Origin: Vulcanimicrobiota bacterium
GTDB taxonomy: Bacteria; Vulcanimicrobiota; Vulcanimicrobiia; Vulcanimicrobiales; Vulcanimicrobiaceae
Direction of reading: 5' to 3'
NCBI GenBank assembly: GCA_963812155.1
Contig: CAWETW010000001.1
Span: 576,001 to 640,000 of the forward strand
Length of the DNA stretch: 64,000 nucleotides
Shown here: positions 41,629 to 51,709 of the stretch, piece after piece
Numbering within the stretch: position 1 is the first letter of the stretch
Layout: each line of letters begins with the position of its first letter
Notes under the pieces: generated by a model
What the model saw: only the letters and a program-made list of their open reading frames with translations
Told to the model about the DNA's origin: nothing
The model's database searches: none
Position numbers and translations under genes: made by a program

Positions 41629-42891
41629 GTGAATCGATGGTGTAAACTCGCGGCACCGCTGGTGGCGGTGCTCGCAATGGCCGCTTGTAATGCAGGCGGT
41701 TCTTCGAACATGCCGGCATCGGGCGGCGTTCAGGCCGTCTCTCCCATGTTCAAGCACACTGTTCCCGAGTGGGAAGCAAAACATCAGGCGAAGCGGATGT
41801 GTCCGACGCTTGAGGGAAAATTCTCCTGTTTGGCGCTTCGAGTGGGAGCCGGCGACATCGTACCCGCCTGTTCGCCTACCGGTGGCTGCGGCTTCACGCC
41901 GCAACAGCTCGAGACCGCCTATGGTCTCACGCCCGTGATTGGCCACGGAGCCGGCACGAAAGTAGCGCTCATCGAAGCCGGCGATTATGCCGCGGCGACG
42001 TCCGATCTCGCAACCTATCGCACCCAGTTCGGCCTCGGCACCGGCAATCTCACCCGATATAATGAGAACGGGCAGACGTCGAACTACCCGCCGACCTGCC
42101 GCAACTACGGCTGGTGCTTCGAGACGGCGCTCGATATCGACATGGTTTCGGCGTCGTGTCCGCAGTGCACGATCTATCTCATGGAAGCTAAGGGCGGGAT
42201 CAGCGACTTCGAACAAGCCGAGAAGTCAGCCGTGACGCTGGGCGCGACCATTCTCAGCAATAGCTGGAGCTGCCCCAACGATTGGGATTGCGGCGATTCG
42301 AACTTCCCGAACTTCTTCAACACCCCCGGCATTGCGTATCTCGCTTCGACCGGCGACAATGCCTACAACACGATCGGCGCTCCGTCGGACCTCGATACCG
42401 TCATCGGTGTGGGCGGAACGCAACTTGCAACCAGCGGCAGCGGCTTCACGGAAAGCATCTGGTCCGGCGCGTCCGCAGGCTGCGCGGATATGGCCGTGGT
42501 CGGCGCCAACGTTCCCAAGCCCTCGTGGCAGCACGACAAGGGCTGCACCAGCCGAACCGACGGCGATATCTCGTCGCAGTCGGGTTGCTCGCCGGGCGTC
42601 GCGATCTACAGCGGCGTCTACGGTGGCTGGAACGGCGCATGCGGCACGAGCGTTGCATCGCCTTTCCTCGCCGGCGTCATCGCGCTGAAAGGTAACGCGG
42701 CGCACATGAACGGCGGCGAACACTTCTGGAAACTCAGGGTGCAATCGCGGAACAATAACCTGCACGCGATAACCACCGGCAACGACGGCAGTTGTGGCGG
42801 AAGCTACCTCTGCACCGCCGGCACCGGTCAGTTCAAGACGTACTCCGGCCCGGGCGGCTGGGGCTCGCCGAAGAACGATAAGGCCTTCTAA
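41629..42891 (+). CDS. S53/S8-type serine peptidase, lipoprotein
   Basis: MAAC lipobox, ETALDID, SNSW, STGD, VGGT, GTSVASP; AAGGAG RBS. Confidence 0.9.
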   Translation: MNRWCKLAAPLVAVLAMAACNAGGSSNMPASGGVQAVSPMFKHTVPEWEAKHQAKRMCPTLEGKFSCLALRVGAGDIVPACSPTGGCGFTPQQLETAYGLTPVIGHGAGTKVALIEAGDYAAATSDLATYRTQFGLGTGNLTRYNENGQTSNYPPTCRNYGWCFETALDIDMVSASCPQCTIYLMEAKGGISDFEQAEKSAVTLGATILSNSWSCPNDWDCGDSNFPNFFNTPGIAYLASTGDNAYNTIGAPSDLDTVIGVGGTQLATSGSGFTESIWSGASAGCADMAVVGANVPKPSWQHDKGCTSRTDGDISSQSGCSPGVAIYSGVYGGWNGACGTSVASPFLAGVIALKGNAAHMNGGEHFWKLRVQSRNNNLHAITTGNDGSCGGSYLCTAGTGQFKTYSGPGGWGSPKNDKAF

Positions 42892-42914
42892 AATCAAGGC
42901 ACTACGTCCAACGC

Positions 42915-42949
42915 AAGGGCGGGCGCGAAAGCGTCCGCCCTTTTTATTT
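42915..42949 (+). terminator. Rho-independent terminator
   Basis: AAGGGCGGGCGC-GAAA-GCGTCCGCCCTT followed by T-run. Confidence 0.85.
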
Positions 42950-43059
42950 GTGTGGGTCAATCGTAAGGGTCGTCGCTTTCCCGGCCGCCTCACCGAGCGC
43001 ATAATCAAATGCAGATCTCGATTATTTATGCGATGGTTCAGCGCGTGACCGGTCGCAAC

Positions 43060-43270
43060 TAGACGTCCCTTCACAGGGAACGGTCTTGGGGGTACCAAGG
43101 CGGAGGCCCGTTCTCGAGCGATCGGGGCGGGCCTCTTGCACGAAAAGGGAACGAACCGGGCCGCAGCTGCGTTTATCGAGTAGTGCGGTTGCGCGATGAA
43201 CGCAGCCGGCGCTTTTCATTGGCCCGCAGCTGACATGAACGAGGGGGACAGATGCGGGCCTTCGTTTTTG
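43060..43270 (+). ncRNA. Candidate structured non-coding RNA
   Basis: Five successive hairpins, the last followed by TTCGTTTTT; no credible ORF. Confidence 0.35.
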
Positions 43271-43355
43271 CCTCCCATCAAGGTTCCCTCAAATCAACCG
43301 GCTCGGCGAACGATGCGGTCGGAATTTTGCCGCCTTACCGCGAAAAGGCGCCGTT

Positions 43356-45434
43356 ATGATGGATAGGACTACGCGAATCGTCTCTGCGCTACTCGCAATG
43401 CTGATGGCGCCGTTGGCCCTCGGCGCCGCCCCGGCGGAGCCGCCGCCGCTTCAACCGGCTCACCCCACCCAGATCGACTGGAATCTCACACCCGAGCAGA
43501 TCACGGCGACGTGCACGGCACAAATAGCCGACTTGGATGCAGCGGTCAAACGGATCATGGCGGTGCCGAGCCCGCGCACATTCCAGAATACGCTGCTTCC
43601 GCTGGAAAACGCGGAAGCCGACTTGAACGACCAATTCGTAGCGCAAGGGTTCCTCTTCAACATGGCGCTCGACAAGCCGGTACGCGATGCGTCCGATCGC
43701 TGCAACATTGCCCAGAGCAACTATTTCGCCGCTTTCGGAGCGCGTCCGGACGTCTATCATGCACTGGTCGAGGTTCAGCACAGTGGGACGGCTAAGACGC
43801 CCGCCGACAAGAAACTTCTCGAGTATTATCTCGTCAGCGCTCGCCGCTCCGGCGCGGCGCTCTCGGCCGACAAACGCAAGAGCTTCGTCGCCCTATCCAA
43901 CCAGTTGACCGATCTCGGCAGCAAATGGCAAGCCACCCTCAACAACGACGAGGCGACGGTGACCATCACGGCCGCTCAAACACAGAGCTTGCCGCCCGGA
44001 TTCGTGAAAACGCTGACGCAGAATGCCGACGGCACCTATACCGTGAAGGTCAACGAAAGCACGGTGGTGCCGTTCCTGGAAAACCAGAGCGATGCGGCTG
44101 CGCGTAAGACGTATTACGTGGCGTACAACAATCGCGCCGTCGGCAACGTGGCGGTCCTCGAACAGGCCATCGACGTGCGCTACCAGTTAGCCCGGCTGTT
44201 GGGATTCGATTCTTGGGCCGCCTACCAGCTGGCCGATCGCATGGCGCAAACGCCGGCGCGGGTCTTCTCGTTCGAGCGTTCGCTGGACGCAAAACTCATG
44301 CCGCAGGCCAAACGCGACCTCGCGGCGTTGGCGGCGCTCAAAGCGAAGGAAACCGGCGATCCGAACGCGCCCATCGAGCCGTGGGACGTTACGTATTATA
44401 ACAATCAACTCGTCAAGACAACATACTCGGTGGATAACGAGGAAATACGGCAATATTTTCCCGTCGAGGTCGTGATCGACCGCATCATGAACCTCTACCA
44501 CAAGCTTCTCGGCGTAACGTTCGTTAAAGTAGCCGATCCAAAGGCGTGGGCGCCGGACGTGATTAGCTACAACGTGTTCGACACGCAGAGCGGACGGTTC
44601 GTCGGGACGACCTACTTCGATCTCTTTCCGCGGCCCGGTAAGTATTCGCATTTTGCGAACTGGCCGCTCGTCCCGGCACGCCGGCTGGCCGACGGAAGCT
44701 ATCGGCCGCCGGTCACCGCCATCTTAGGCAACTGGCCACGGCCGGCTCCGGGCGCGCCCGCGTTGCTTTCGCATCAGGACGTCATCACGTTTTTTCATGA
44801 GTTCGGGCATAATCTCGCGGCACTGCTGGCGACCGCGCCGTACGAAACGCTGAGCGCCGGGTTCCGTCAGGATTTCGTCGAGGCGCCTTCGCAAATGCTC
44901 GAGAACTTCATGTGGGAGCCGGCGATTCTTAAGGAAGTCAGTTCCAACGTCACAACCGGCGCGCCGCTCCCGGACGATCTCATTGCAAAGATGGTCGCCG
45001 CGCGTTACGTCGACCAGGCGTATTTTACGCTCGGCCAAATCAAGCTGGGAATGGTCGACATGGCCTACCATTCGACCGGTCCGCACGTCGACACGACGGC
45101 CGTGTGGGGGCAGATTTCTTCGGAATACACGCCGCTGCCGATGGTTGCCGGAACGCATCCGCAAGCATCGTTCGGGCACCTCTTCGGCTACGATGCCGGC
45201 TACTACAGCTACTTGTGGGCGCTCGTGTACGCGCAAGACATGTTTACCGCGTTCAAAAACGGCGGCCTGGAAAACCCGGCGGTCGGGATGCGCTACCGCG
45301 AGACGATTCTCGCGCCCGCGCGCATCTACGAACCCGACGTTGAGGTGCGCGACTTTCTCGGCCGGCCGATGAGCAGCGACGCGTTCTACAAGCAGTTTGA
45401 AACCGCACCGGAGCCGACGCCGGCCCCGCACTGA
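43356..45434 (+). CDS. M3 family metallopeptidase (thimet oligopeptidase-like), secreted
   Basis: Signal peptide; DLFPRPGKYSH, HEFGH, DFVEAPSQMLEN, GYYSYLWA. Confidence 0.95.
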   Translation: MMDRTTRIVSALLAMLMAPLALGAAPAEPPPLQPAHPTQIDWNLTPEQITATCTAQIADLDAAVKRIMAVPSPRTFQNTLLPLENAEADLNDQFVAQGFLFNMALDKPVRDASDRCNIAQSNYFAAFGARPDVYHALVEVQHSGTAKTPADKKLLEYYLVSARRSGAALSADKRKSFVALSNQLTDLGSKWQATLNNDEATVTITAAQTQSLPPGFVKTLTQNADGTYTVKVNESTVVPFLENQSDAAARKTYYVAYNNRAVGNVAVLEQAIDVRYQLARLLGFDSWAAYQLADRMAQTPARVFSFERSLDAKLMPQAKRDLAALAALKAKETGDPNAPIEPWDVTYYNNQLVKTTYSVDNEEIRQYFPVEVVIDRIMNLYHKLLGVTFVKVADPKAWAPDVISYNVFDTQSGRFVGTTYFDLFPRPGKYSHFANWPLVPARRLADGSYRPPVTAILGNWPRPAPGAPALLSHQDVITFFHEFGHNLAALLATAPYETLSAGFRQDFVEAPSQMLENFMWEPAILKEVSSNVTTGAPLPDDLIAKMVAARYVDQAYFTLGQIKLGMVDMAYHSTGPHVDTTAVWGQISSEYTPLPMVAGTHPQASFGHLFGYDAGYYSYLWALVYAQDMFTAFKNGGLENPAVGMRYRETILAPARIYEPDVEVRDFLGRPMSSDAFYKQFETAPEPTPAPH

Positions 45435-46198
45435 ACCGAGCCGGCACCCCGCTCGACCACACCGGCCCGCGCAGAAGCGTTGGCTACTGAAAGAACGGGC
45501 TCGCTTCGGCGGGCCCGTTCTGCGTTCTGCTTTTGCCATGAAAGCGTCGCCTCGGCAACGACGCGACCGCCATCCATGAGCGCGAGCCGATCCATGCGGT
45601 GGCTCTTCGGAAGATAGAGCATCGCGACGCTGCCGGCCGGAACAACATTGCCGAGCATCGTGCGCGTGCCGTCGTGCATCCACGCGACCGCGAGTGCCTT
45701 CGATGCGCTTCGTACGACAACCACGTACCACGACCCGTCGAGCGCGTACATCACTTCCGCGGGCGGGCTCGCGTTGGCCGGCTGAAATCGCGCCGTCCGA
45801 TGCGGAGCGCTCGCCAGGCGACCCATCGCATCGCTTTGCGCGAGCATGGCGACGTGCGCCGCCCGATTCGCCGACCAGAAATAGGCTGAGGGCAGAAGTC
45901 CGAGGAGCAGCGCTGCTGCCATCGCTGCCGCGTACGGCCACGCCACACGCCGCGAACGGCGCTGCGCTTCGAGGAAGCGCGGTTGCACCAATTGGCCGAT
46001 ACGGGTCTCGAGGGCAGGCGGCGGCGTGCGTTGCGGCTCCGCCAAAGCGATCCGAGCGACGTCGTCCTCGGCGGCACCGACCTCCTCCATGCAGACGGTA
46101 CACTCGCGAAGGTGCGCGTCGATCGCCGCGCGTTCGTCGTCAGAGAGTGCACCGAGCGCGTACAGCGCGGCTCGATCCTCGACGTGCTCGTATCTCAC
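45386..46198 (-). CDS. Anti-sigma factor (RskA/ZAS-like); 3' end uncertain
   Basis: LYALGAL..HLRECTVC, TM helix; GTGA overlap with sigma gene. Confidence 0.85.
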   Translation of the reverse strand: MRYEHVEDRAALYALGALSDDERAAIDAHLRECTVCMEEVGAAEDDVARIALAEPQRTPPPALETRIGQLVQPRFLEAQRRSRRVAWPYAAAMAAALLLGLLPSAYFWSANRAAHVAMLAQSDAMGRLASAPHRTARFQPANASPPAEVMYALDGSWYVVVVRSASKALAVAWMHDGTRTMLGNVVPAGSVAMLYLPKSHRMDRLALMDGGRVVAEATLSWQKQNAERARRSEPVLSVANASARAGVVERGAGSVQCGAGVGSGAVSNCL

Positions 46199-46758
46199 AA
46201 CCGATCGCCCCCGTTAGCTACGGTCGATTTCAGAACGGAGCCGAGTTTTCGCAGGCCGTGCTTGATGCGGCTCTTGATCGTACCCAGCGGCGCGTGAAGT
46301 TCGGCTGCGATCTCGCTGTGCGTCTTTCGTTCGTAGTACGCCAGTTCGAGCGCGGTGCGCTGATCGGGCGGCAGCGCGCGGAGCGCGCTTCGAACCCGGT
46401 CGCGCTCGATCGGATCGGCCACCTGCAACTGCTCGTGCTCCACCGGCAGCGCGGCAAGGCGTTGCTCCAGACGAAGTGCGCGAGACTGGCGCCGGCGGCG
46501 CGAGATTGCTTCGTTGCGAACGCAGACCACGAGGAAGCTTCGCAGATTGCCGCGGGACGCTGAGTATGCTCCTCGCGATCGCCAAAGCGTTGCGACTGCG
46601 TCCGCTATGCAATCTTGAGCGTCGTCGGCGTTACCCAGCACGTTATAGGCTGCCGAATAGAGCAGCGCCGCGTAGCGGCGATAGGCCTCGCCGAACGCCC
46701 AGCCCTCGTGCGCCGCAAACGCAGCAGCCAAAACCTCATCTCCCTCGCCCGCCGGCAT
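46195..46758 (-). CDS. ECF sigma-70 factor (SigK-like)
   Basis: Region 2 (DAQDC...LW) and region 4 THSEIAAELHAPLGTIKSRI. Confidence 0.9.
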   Translation of the reverse strand: MPAGEGDEVLAAAFAAHEGWAFGEAYRRYAALLYSAAYNVLGNADDAQDCIADAVATLWRSRGAYSASRGNLRSFLVVCVRNEAISRRRRQSRALRLEQRLAALPVEHEQLQVADPIERDRVRSALRALPPDQRTALELAYYERKTHSEIAAELHAPLGTIKSRIKHGLRKLGSVLKSTVANGGDRL

Positions 46759-46878
46759 CGTGGGGCACAGACTTCGACGCGGGCGACCGTATCATCCGCT
46801 CAGAGAACGCCGGAGGAGCTCGGCCGGATGCTTTTCGAATCACTCATCCGGTCACGTTGGGCAAATCGTACCAAAGCA

Positions 46879-47346
46879 ATGAATGTTTTACTTTCCGTCA
46901 TCCTGCTCGCGCAAAGCGCCTTCGCTCCGCTTTACGGCGCCCCGCAGTGGATCGGATCGCGACCTGCCGCCGCGTCGTATGCGGGCAAAGTCGTCGTCGT
47001 CGACGTCTTTACCTTCGATTGCATTAACTGCCAGCACGTCGTCCCAGAACTGCGCTCCCTGCGCGCCCACTACGCGACGAAGGATCTGCTCGTCGTCGGG
47101 ATCCATACTCCGGAAACGCCCTTTGAACGCGTACGGGCGAACGTCGTTGCGGCGCTCGCGACGCAAGGGATTTCGTGGCCGGTCGCGATCGACAACGACG
47201 AGAAGCTGTGGAACGCCTACGGCATTGCGTACTGGCCGACGCAGCTGATCTTCGACCGTCACGGGCGGCTCAGAAAGACGGTCATCGGCGAGGGCCAAGA
47301 TGCCGAAGTCACGTCAACGGTCGCCGCGTTAGCGGCAGAGCGATGA
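46879..47346 (+). CDS. Redoxin / TlpA-DipZ-like thioredoxin
   Basis: TFDCINC, GIHTPE, YWPT. Confidence 0.9.
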   Translation: MNVLLSVILLAQSAFAPLYGAPQWIGSRPAAASYAGKVVVVDVFTFDCINCQHVVPELRSLRAHYATKDLLVVGIHTPETPFERVRANVVAALATQGISWPVAIDNDEKLWNAYGIAYWPTQLIFDRHGRLRKTVIGEGQDAEVTSTVAALAAER

Positions 47347-47450
47347 TCTCAACGACGTGATGCCGTCGCACCTTTCCATTCTGAGGAGGTCTGCGTACAA
47401 CGTAGGACAAAACCAAGCCACTGAAAACCTGCGCATGGGAGGGCTCAGTC

Positions 47451-47987
47451 ATGACGCAGGAGACCTTAAACACCGTCGCCACTGTCGGCACATTTATCGT
47501 GATTGCGGCGACCGCGATCGCCGCCGTCGTGCAACTACGCCATTTACGCGACCAGAATCAACTTACCGGCTTGCTAACCGTCCTGGAGCGAGTAGAGGAT
47601 CCGCAATTCAACGAATGGGTGGATGGGGCAAGGGAACTGCTCAGATTACGTATGCCTGATCCCGCCTACCGGCGCACGCTCCTCGACGGGACGTTTGAGC
47701 GAAGAAACAACCCGTGGCTAAATCTCGCGAACTCATATGACTGGGTTGGTAGCCTGGTGAAGCACAAGCTGATCCCTGAGGAGTCGTTGCTCGATGTGTA
47801 TTCAAGATGGCAGATTGTCGAGGGCGTTGTTCCGCTAGTACGCAAGCGCGGAGGACCGGGCGTATGGGAGAACTTTGAATATCTCGTCGTCCAAGCGCGC
47901 AACTGGAGCATGCGATATCCGGACGGAGCTTATCCAAAAGGCGTCGCAAGGCTTCAGATTGATGTTACGTGGCCGGAACTCGCATAG
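47451..47987 (+). CDS. DUF4760-like membrane-anchored protein
   Basis: N-terminal TM ending QLR, WENFEYL. Confidence 0.7.
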   Translation: MTQETLNTVATVGTFIVIAATAIAAVVQLRHLRDQNQLTGLLTVLERVEDPQFNEWVDGARELLRLRMPDPAYRRTLLDGTFERRNNPWLNLANSYDWVGSLVKHKLIPEESLLDVYSRWQIVEGVVPLVRKRGGPGVWENFEYLVVQARNWSMRYPDGAYPKGVARLQIDVTWPELA

Positions 47988-48089
47988 ACACGAGGTCTCA
48001 GGAGCCAGACGAACGATGCCCTTGTCGTTTGCACCTCTACGCGTTGCCGTGCCTCACAGTGTGCCGCCGAATGGAGCCTAGGTCTTAAA

Positions 48090-48163
48090 CCTCGGACCCG
48101 GTCGTTCTCGAAAATCGTCTTGTACTTATCCGGATCGGTGCATGTCGGATCTAGGTCGTCCAT
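48090..48163 (-). pseudogene. 5' fragment of a cupin-like gene
   Basis: MDDLDPTCTDPDKYKTIFENDRVR then loss of protein-like sequence. Confidence 0.5.
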
Positions 48164-48304
48164 GTCGCTGTCTTCTTTCTCTCAACGGACAATCGCTATG
48201 AATGCATCGTATCGTCATATTGTGGTCGAGGGGACACAAATCGCATTGTTAGCACCCCAAATCGCAATTCTGAAGCTGTCCGGTCCGCGCGTGCTAACGT
48301 CCAG

Positions 48305-48685
48305 TTAGTCCTTTGCAGACGCTATAGCTTCATGCACCGCCAAGAATGCCTGTCGACCCGTGGGCGTTCCGCAGTAAACGGTGATCTGAACCAAAGCCTC
48401 TTTGATTTCGTCGACCGTTACGCCGCTGCCGAGCGCGGCATTCGTGTAAATGCCCAGCTCTTGAAAACGGCCCAGTCCTGCGAGGATTCCAAGCGTCAAG
48501 ATACTTCGTGACTTCCGGTCGAGTCCGGGACGACTCCATGCGTAGCCCCAAGCCAATTCCGTAACGGCTCGTTGAAACGTCTGCATGAATTCGTCAGAAC
48601 CTTCAAGGTTCGCGTCCACATACTTAGCGCCGAGTACTTGCCTCCGCGTCTCGAGACCCTTCTCGAATAACTCGTTGTCAGCCAT
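48305..48685 (-). CDS. Carboxymuconolactone decarboxylase family protein
   Basis: GLETRRQVLG, WSRPGLDRKSRS, VYCG.P. Confidence 0.9.
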   Translation of the reverse strand: MADNELFEKGLETRRQVLGAKYVDANLEGSDEFMQTFQRAVTELAWGYAWSRPGLDRKSRSILTLGILAGLGRFQELGIYTNAALGSGVTVDEIKEALVQITVYCGTPTGRQAFLAVHEAIASAKD

Positions 48686-48868
48686 CGCCTGACTCTCCGT
48701 TCCTTCGGCATGATTGCTCTCAACGGTGAGGCGCGCGTCACGAAGCTGATTCACCAAAACAGGCCGCCAACTCCCGTGACGCGTTCCATCCCGACTAATT
48801 TGGTGGAACGATGACGATCCTCCCGCAGGTAGATCCGCGAAGGGCCGCGCAGTGCATTGCTTACACAG

Positions 48869-51610
48869 ATGGCCCTCAATGCACCCCGTCCTACTGGAAC
48901 TGTCACGCTGCTTTTTACCGACATCGAGGGCAGCACGCAACATTGGGAGCAGCAGCGCGCGGCGATGCCCGATGCATTGCGCCGCCACGACGAGCTGCTT
49001 CGAGCGGCCATCGAAGCACATAGCGGTTACATTTTCAAGACCGTAGGCGATGCGTTTTGCGCAGCGTTTTGGCGGGCGTCAAGCGCTGTCGCAGCTGCTG
49101 CTGATGCGCAACGGGGACTCGCGAGCGCGGACTGGAGCGCCGTCGGCGGTCTGGCGGTGCGCATGGCGCTGCATAGCGGCGCAACCGACGAGCGCGACGG
49201 TGATTATTTCGGACCGGCGGTCAATCGCGTCGCGCGGCTCGTGGCTATCGGTCACGGCGGCCAAATCCTGCTCTCCGGCGCTACCCGTGAACTCACGCAT
49301 GGCGATCTGCCCGCCGGCACGGCGCTCGTCGATCTCGGTGAGCAGCGGCTGCACGATCTCACCGACACCGAGCACGTGTGGCAGATTGACGTCGAGGGGT
49401 TGCCGAGCGAATTTCCGTCGCTGCGCTCACTCGACGCACTGCCGAACAACTTGCCCGTTTCGCGCACCACCTTCGTGGGGCGCGAACGTGACGTAGCCGA
49501 AGTCAAGGAGCTGCTCGAGCATCACCGCCTGCTCACGCTGGTTGGTTCGGGTGGTGTCGGCAAGACGCGCCTGGCAATCCAGGTCGGCGTTGAACTGCTC
49601 GATCGCTATCCCGACGGGGCGTGGTTCGTCGACTTCGCCCCGATCAACGACCCGGAGCTGGTCGCCAGCGTCGTCGCGCAGGCGCTGGGTATGAGCCAAC
49701 AGGAAGGGCGGCGCATCGACGAGGCGATTCCGCAATGGCTGCGGCGCAAGAAGTTGCTGGTCATCTTCGACAATTGCGAGCACGTGCTGGAGCCGACGGC
49801 AGCGCTTGCGGATAACATCTTAGCAACGGCGCCGGATGTTCGCATCTTGTCGACGTCGCGCGAAAGGCTCGACGTCATCGGCGAAGCGGTGCACCGGCTC
49901 CCGTCGTTGGCGGTTCCAGCTGAGGCCGCCGGCTTGACGCCCGATGAAGCGCTGCGCTATGGCGCCGTTGCCCTTTTCGTGGATAGGGCCAAGGCCGCCG
50001 ATACGCGCTTTACGCTCACGGATGACGGCGCACCAATCGTCGCCCAGATCTGCCAGCGGCTCGATGGCATTGCACTGGCAATCGAACTCGCTGCCGCGCG
50101 CGTCAAGATGCTTTCCATCCCTAACCTCGCGCAGCGACTCAACGAACGCTTCAAGCTGCTCACGGGAGGGAGTCGCACCGCGCTTCCGCGCCAGAAAACG
50201 CTCGGCGCGCTGATCGACTGGAGTTACGACCTACTCGCGTCACACGAGCAACTGTTGTTTGCGCGCCTTGGGATCTTTGCCGGCGGATTTGGCCTGGATG
50301 CCGTGAAAGCAGTCTGCGGCGGCGATCTCGACGACGTTGACGTTTTCGAGGTGCTTGAGTCCTTGACCGACAAATCGCTGGTCGTCGCCGACACCGGCGG
50401 CGAGCGCGAACGCTACCGGCTGCTCGAATCAACGGCCGCGTACGCGCTCGAGAAACTCAACGCATCGGGACAGGGCGAACGCATGGCCAGACGTCACGCC
50501 GAATACTTTCGCGACGAGGCCGAAGCTGCGGACGAATGGCTCGGCGTCTCGACGATTGCATGGCTTGCCGCCGTCGAGCCCGAGCTGGACAACTACCGGA
50601 CGGCGCTGGAGTGGGCGCTTACGCTCGAGAATAACGCCGTGTTAGGCGGCGCGATTGCCGGCGCAATCGAACGCCTTTGGTTGCATACCGGCCTCGTCGT
50701 CGAAGGGCGCTATTGGATTGGGCGTGCGCTCCCGCGCATTGACGAGGCCGAGCAGCCGCGCATTGCAGCGAGGTTGTGGTTGACGCAGGCGAGACTCTTA
50801 CCCGGCAAGGGCTGCTATGACGCGGCCGAGCAGGCGCTGCGGCTTTACGAATCTGTCGGCGACGTACGTGGCGCGGCGCGCGCACTGCGACTTCGCGGCT
50901 ACGCACTGTATCAGATGGGCCGCCTCGATGAGGCCCACAAGACGACGGTCCTCGCGCTTGCGGGGTCGCGCACGTGCGCAGATTCGTTGATGGTTGTCGA
51001 CTTGCTCGTGCTGCAGGCGGCCATCGAAATGAGCCGAGGCGATCTCGGCGCGGCGCGCGAGCTCTATGCGCATGCTCTCGCGGGCTGGAAATCGACTGGC
51101 GATGAGCTTGGCATTGCATCGGTATTGGGCTCAATGGCGGAGATGGAATTTGCGGCGGGCGATCCCGCGCAGGCGCTGCGTTGGACGAACGAGGCGCTGG
51201 AGCTCGGATCGCTCGGGAAAAACTTATCGTTTGCAGCGAACTGGCGCGTTAACAGCGCCGCCTATCGCATCGCACTCGGCGACCTTACAGGAGCCCGCGA
51301 GTCGGGACGCGGCGGATTGCGTCTCGCCCGGCAGGCAAGAAGCGAACTGTTCCTCGCCACCGCGCTTCAGCATCTGGCCCTCGTTGCAGCGCTCGCCGGA
51401 GATACGCGACGCGCTGCTCGGTTGTTGGGCTACGTCGATGCGAAATACGGCGAGCTCGGAATGAAACGCGAAATCACTGAGCAATGGGGCCATGACAAGT
51501 TAGTCGCGACGCTGCGCGAAACGATCGGCGCAGATGAGATCAAAAAACTTGCGGCCGAAGGCGCCGCATGGCTGGAAGACCACGCAATCGAGGAAGCGTT
51601 AGCGGTTTAG
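48869..51610 (+). CDS. Class III adenylate/guanylate cyclase + NB-ARC-like ATPase + TPR protein
   Basis: LFTDIEGST, GDAF, GPAVNRVAR, GSGGVGKT, DNCEH, LAIELAAAR. Confidence 0.95.
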   Translation: MALNAPRPTGTVTLLFTDIEGSTQHWEQQRAAMPDALRRHDELLRAAIEAHSGYIFKTVGDAFCAAFWRASSAVAAAADAQRGLASADWSAVGGLAVRMALHSGATDERDGDYFGPAVNRVARLVAIGHGGQILLSGATRELTHGDLPAGTALVDLGEQRLHDLTDTEHVWQIDVEGLPSEFPSLRSLDALPNNLPVSRTTFVGRERDVAEVKELLEHHRLLTLVGSGGVGKTRLAIQVGVELLDRYPDGAWFVDFAPINDPELVASVVAQALGMSQQEGRRIDEAIPQWLRRKKLLVIFDNCEHVLEPTAALADNILATAPDVRILSTSRERLDVIGEAVHRLPSLAVPAEAAGLTPDEALRYGAVALFVDRAKAADTRFTLTDDGAPIVAQICQRLDGIALAIELAAARVKMLSIPNLAQRLNERFKLLTGGSRTALPRQKTLGALIDWSYDLLASHEQLLFARLGIFAGGFGLDAVKAVCGGDLDDVDVFEVLESLTDKSLVVADTGGERERYRLLESTAAYALEKLNASGQGERMARRHAEYFRDEAEAADEWLGVSTIAWLAAVEPELDNYRTALEWALTLENNAVLGGAIAGAIERLWLHTGLVVEGRYWIGRALPRIDEAEQPRIAARLWLTQARLLPGKGCYDAAEQALRLYESVGDVRGAARALRLRGYALYQMGRLDEAHKTTVLALAGSRTCADSLMVVDLLVLQAAIEMSRGDLGAARELYAHALAGWKSTGDELGIASVLGSMAEMEFAAGDPAQALRWTNEALELGSLGKNLSFAANWRVNSAAYRIALGDLTGARESGRGGLRLARQARSELFLATALQHLALVAALAGDTRRAARLLGYVDAKYGELGMKREITEQWGHDKLVATLRETIGADEIKKLAAEGAAWLEDHAIEEALAV

Positions 51611-51709
51611 ACGTGCGTTCGAAAGTTGCGTGGGAATCGACGAAGAGCCCCATGCTTAGCGGCACGGGGAACCCAGGGGGCCGAACGATGCCACCGAAAG
51701 CGGCCTTCT

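Noticed and set aside
41473..42216. N-terminal extension of the phospholipase C ORF
   Set aside because: Antisense to the S53 gene; the lipoprotein signal begins at 41472
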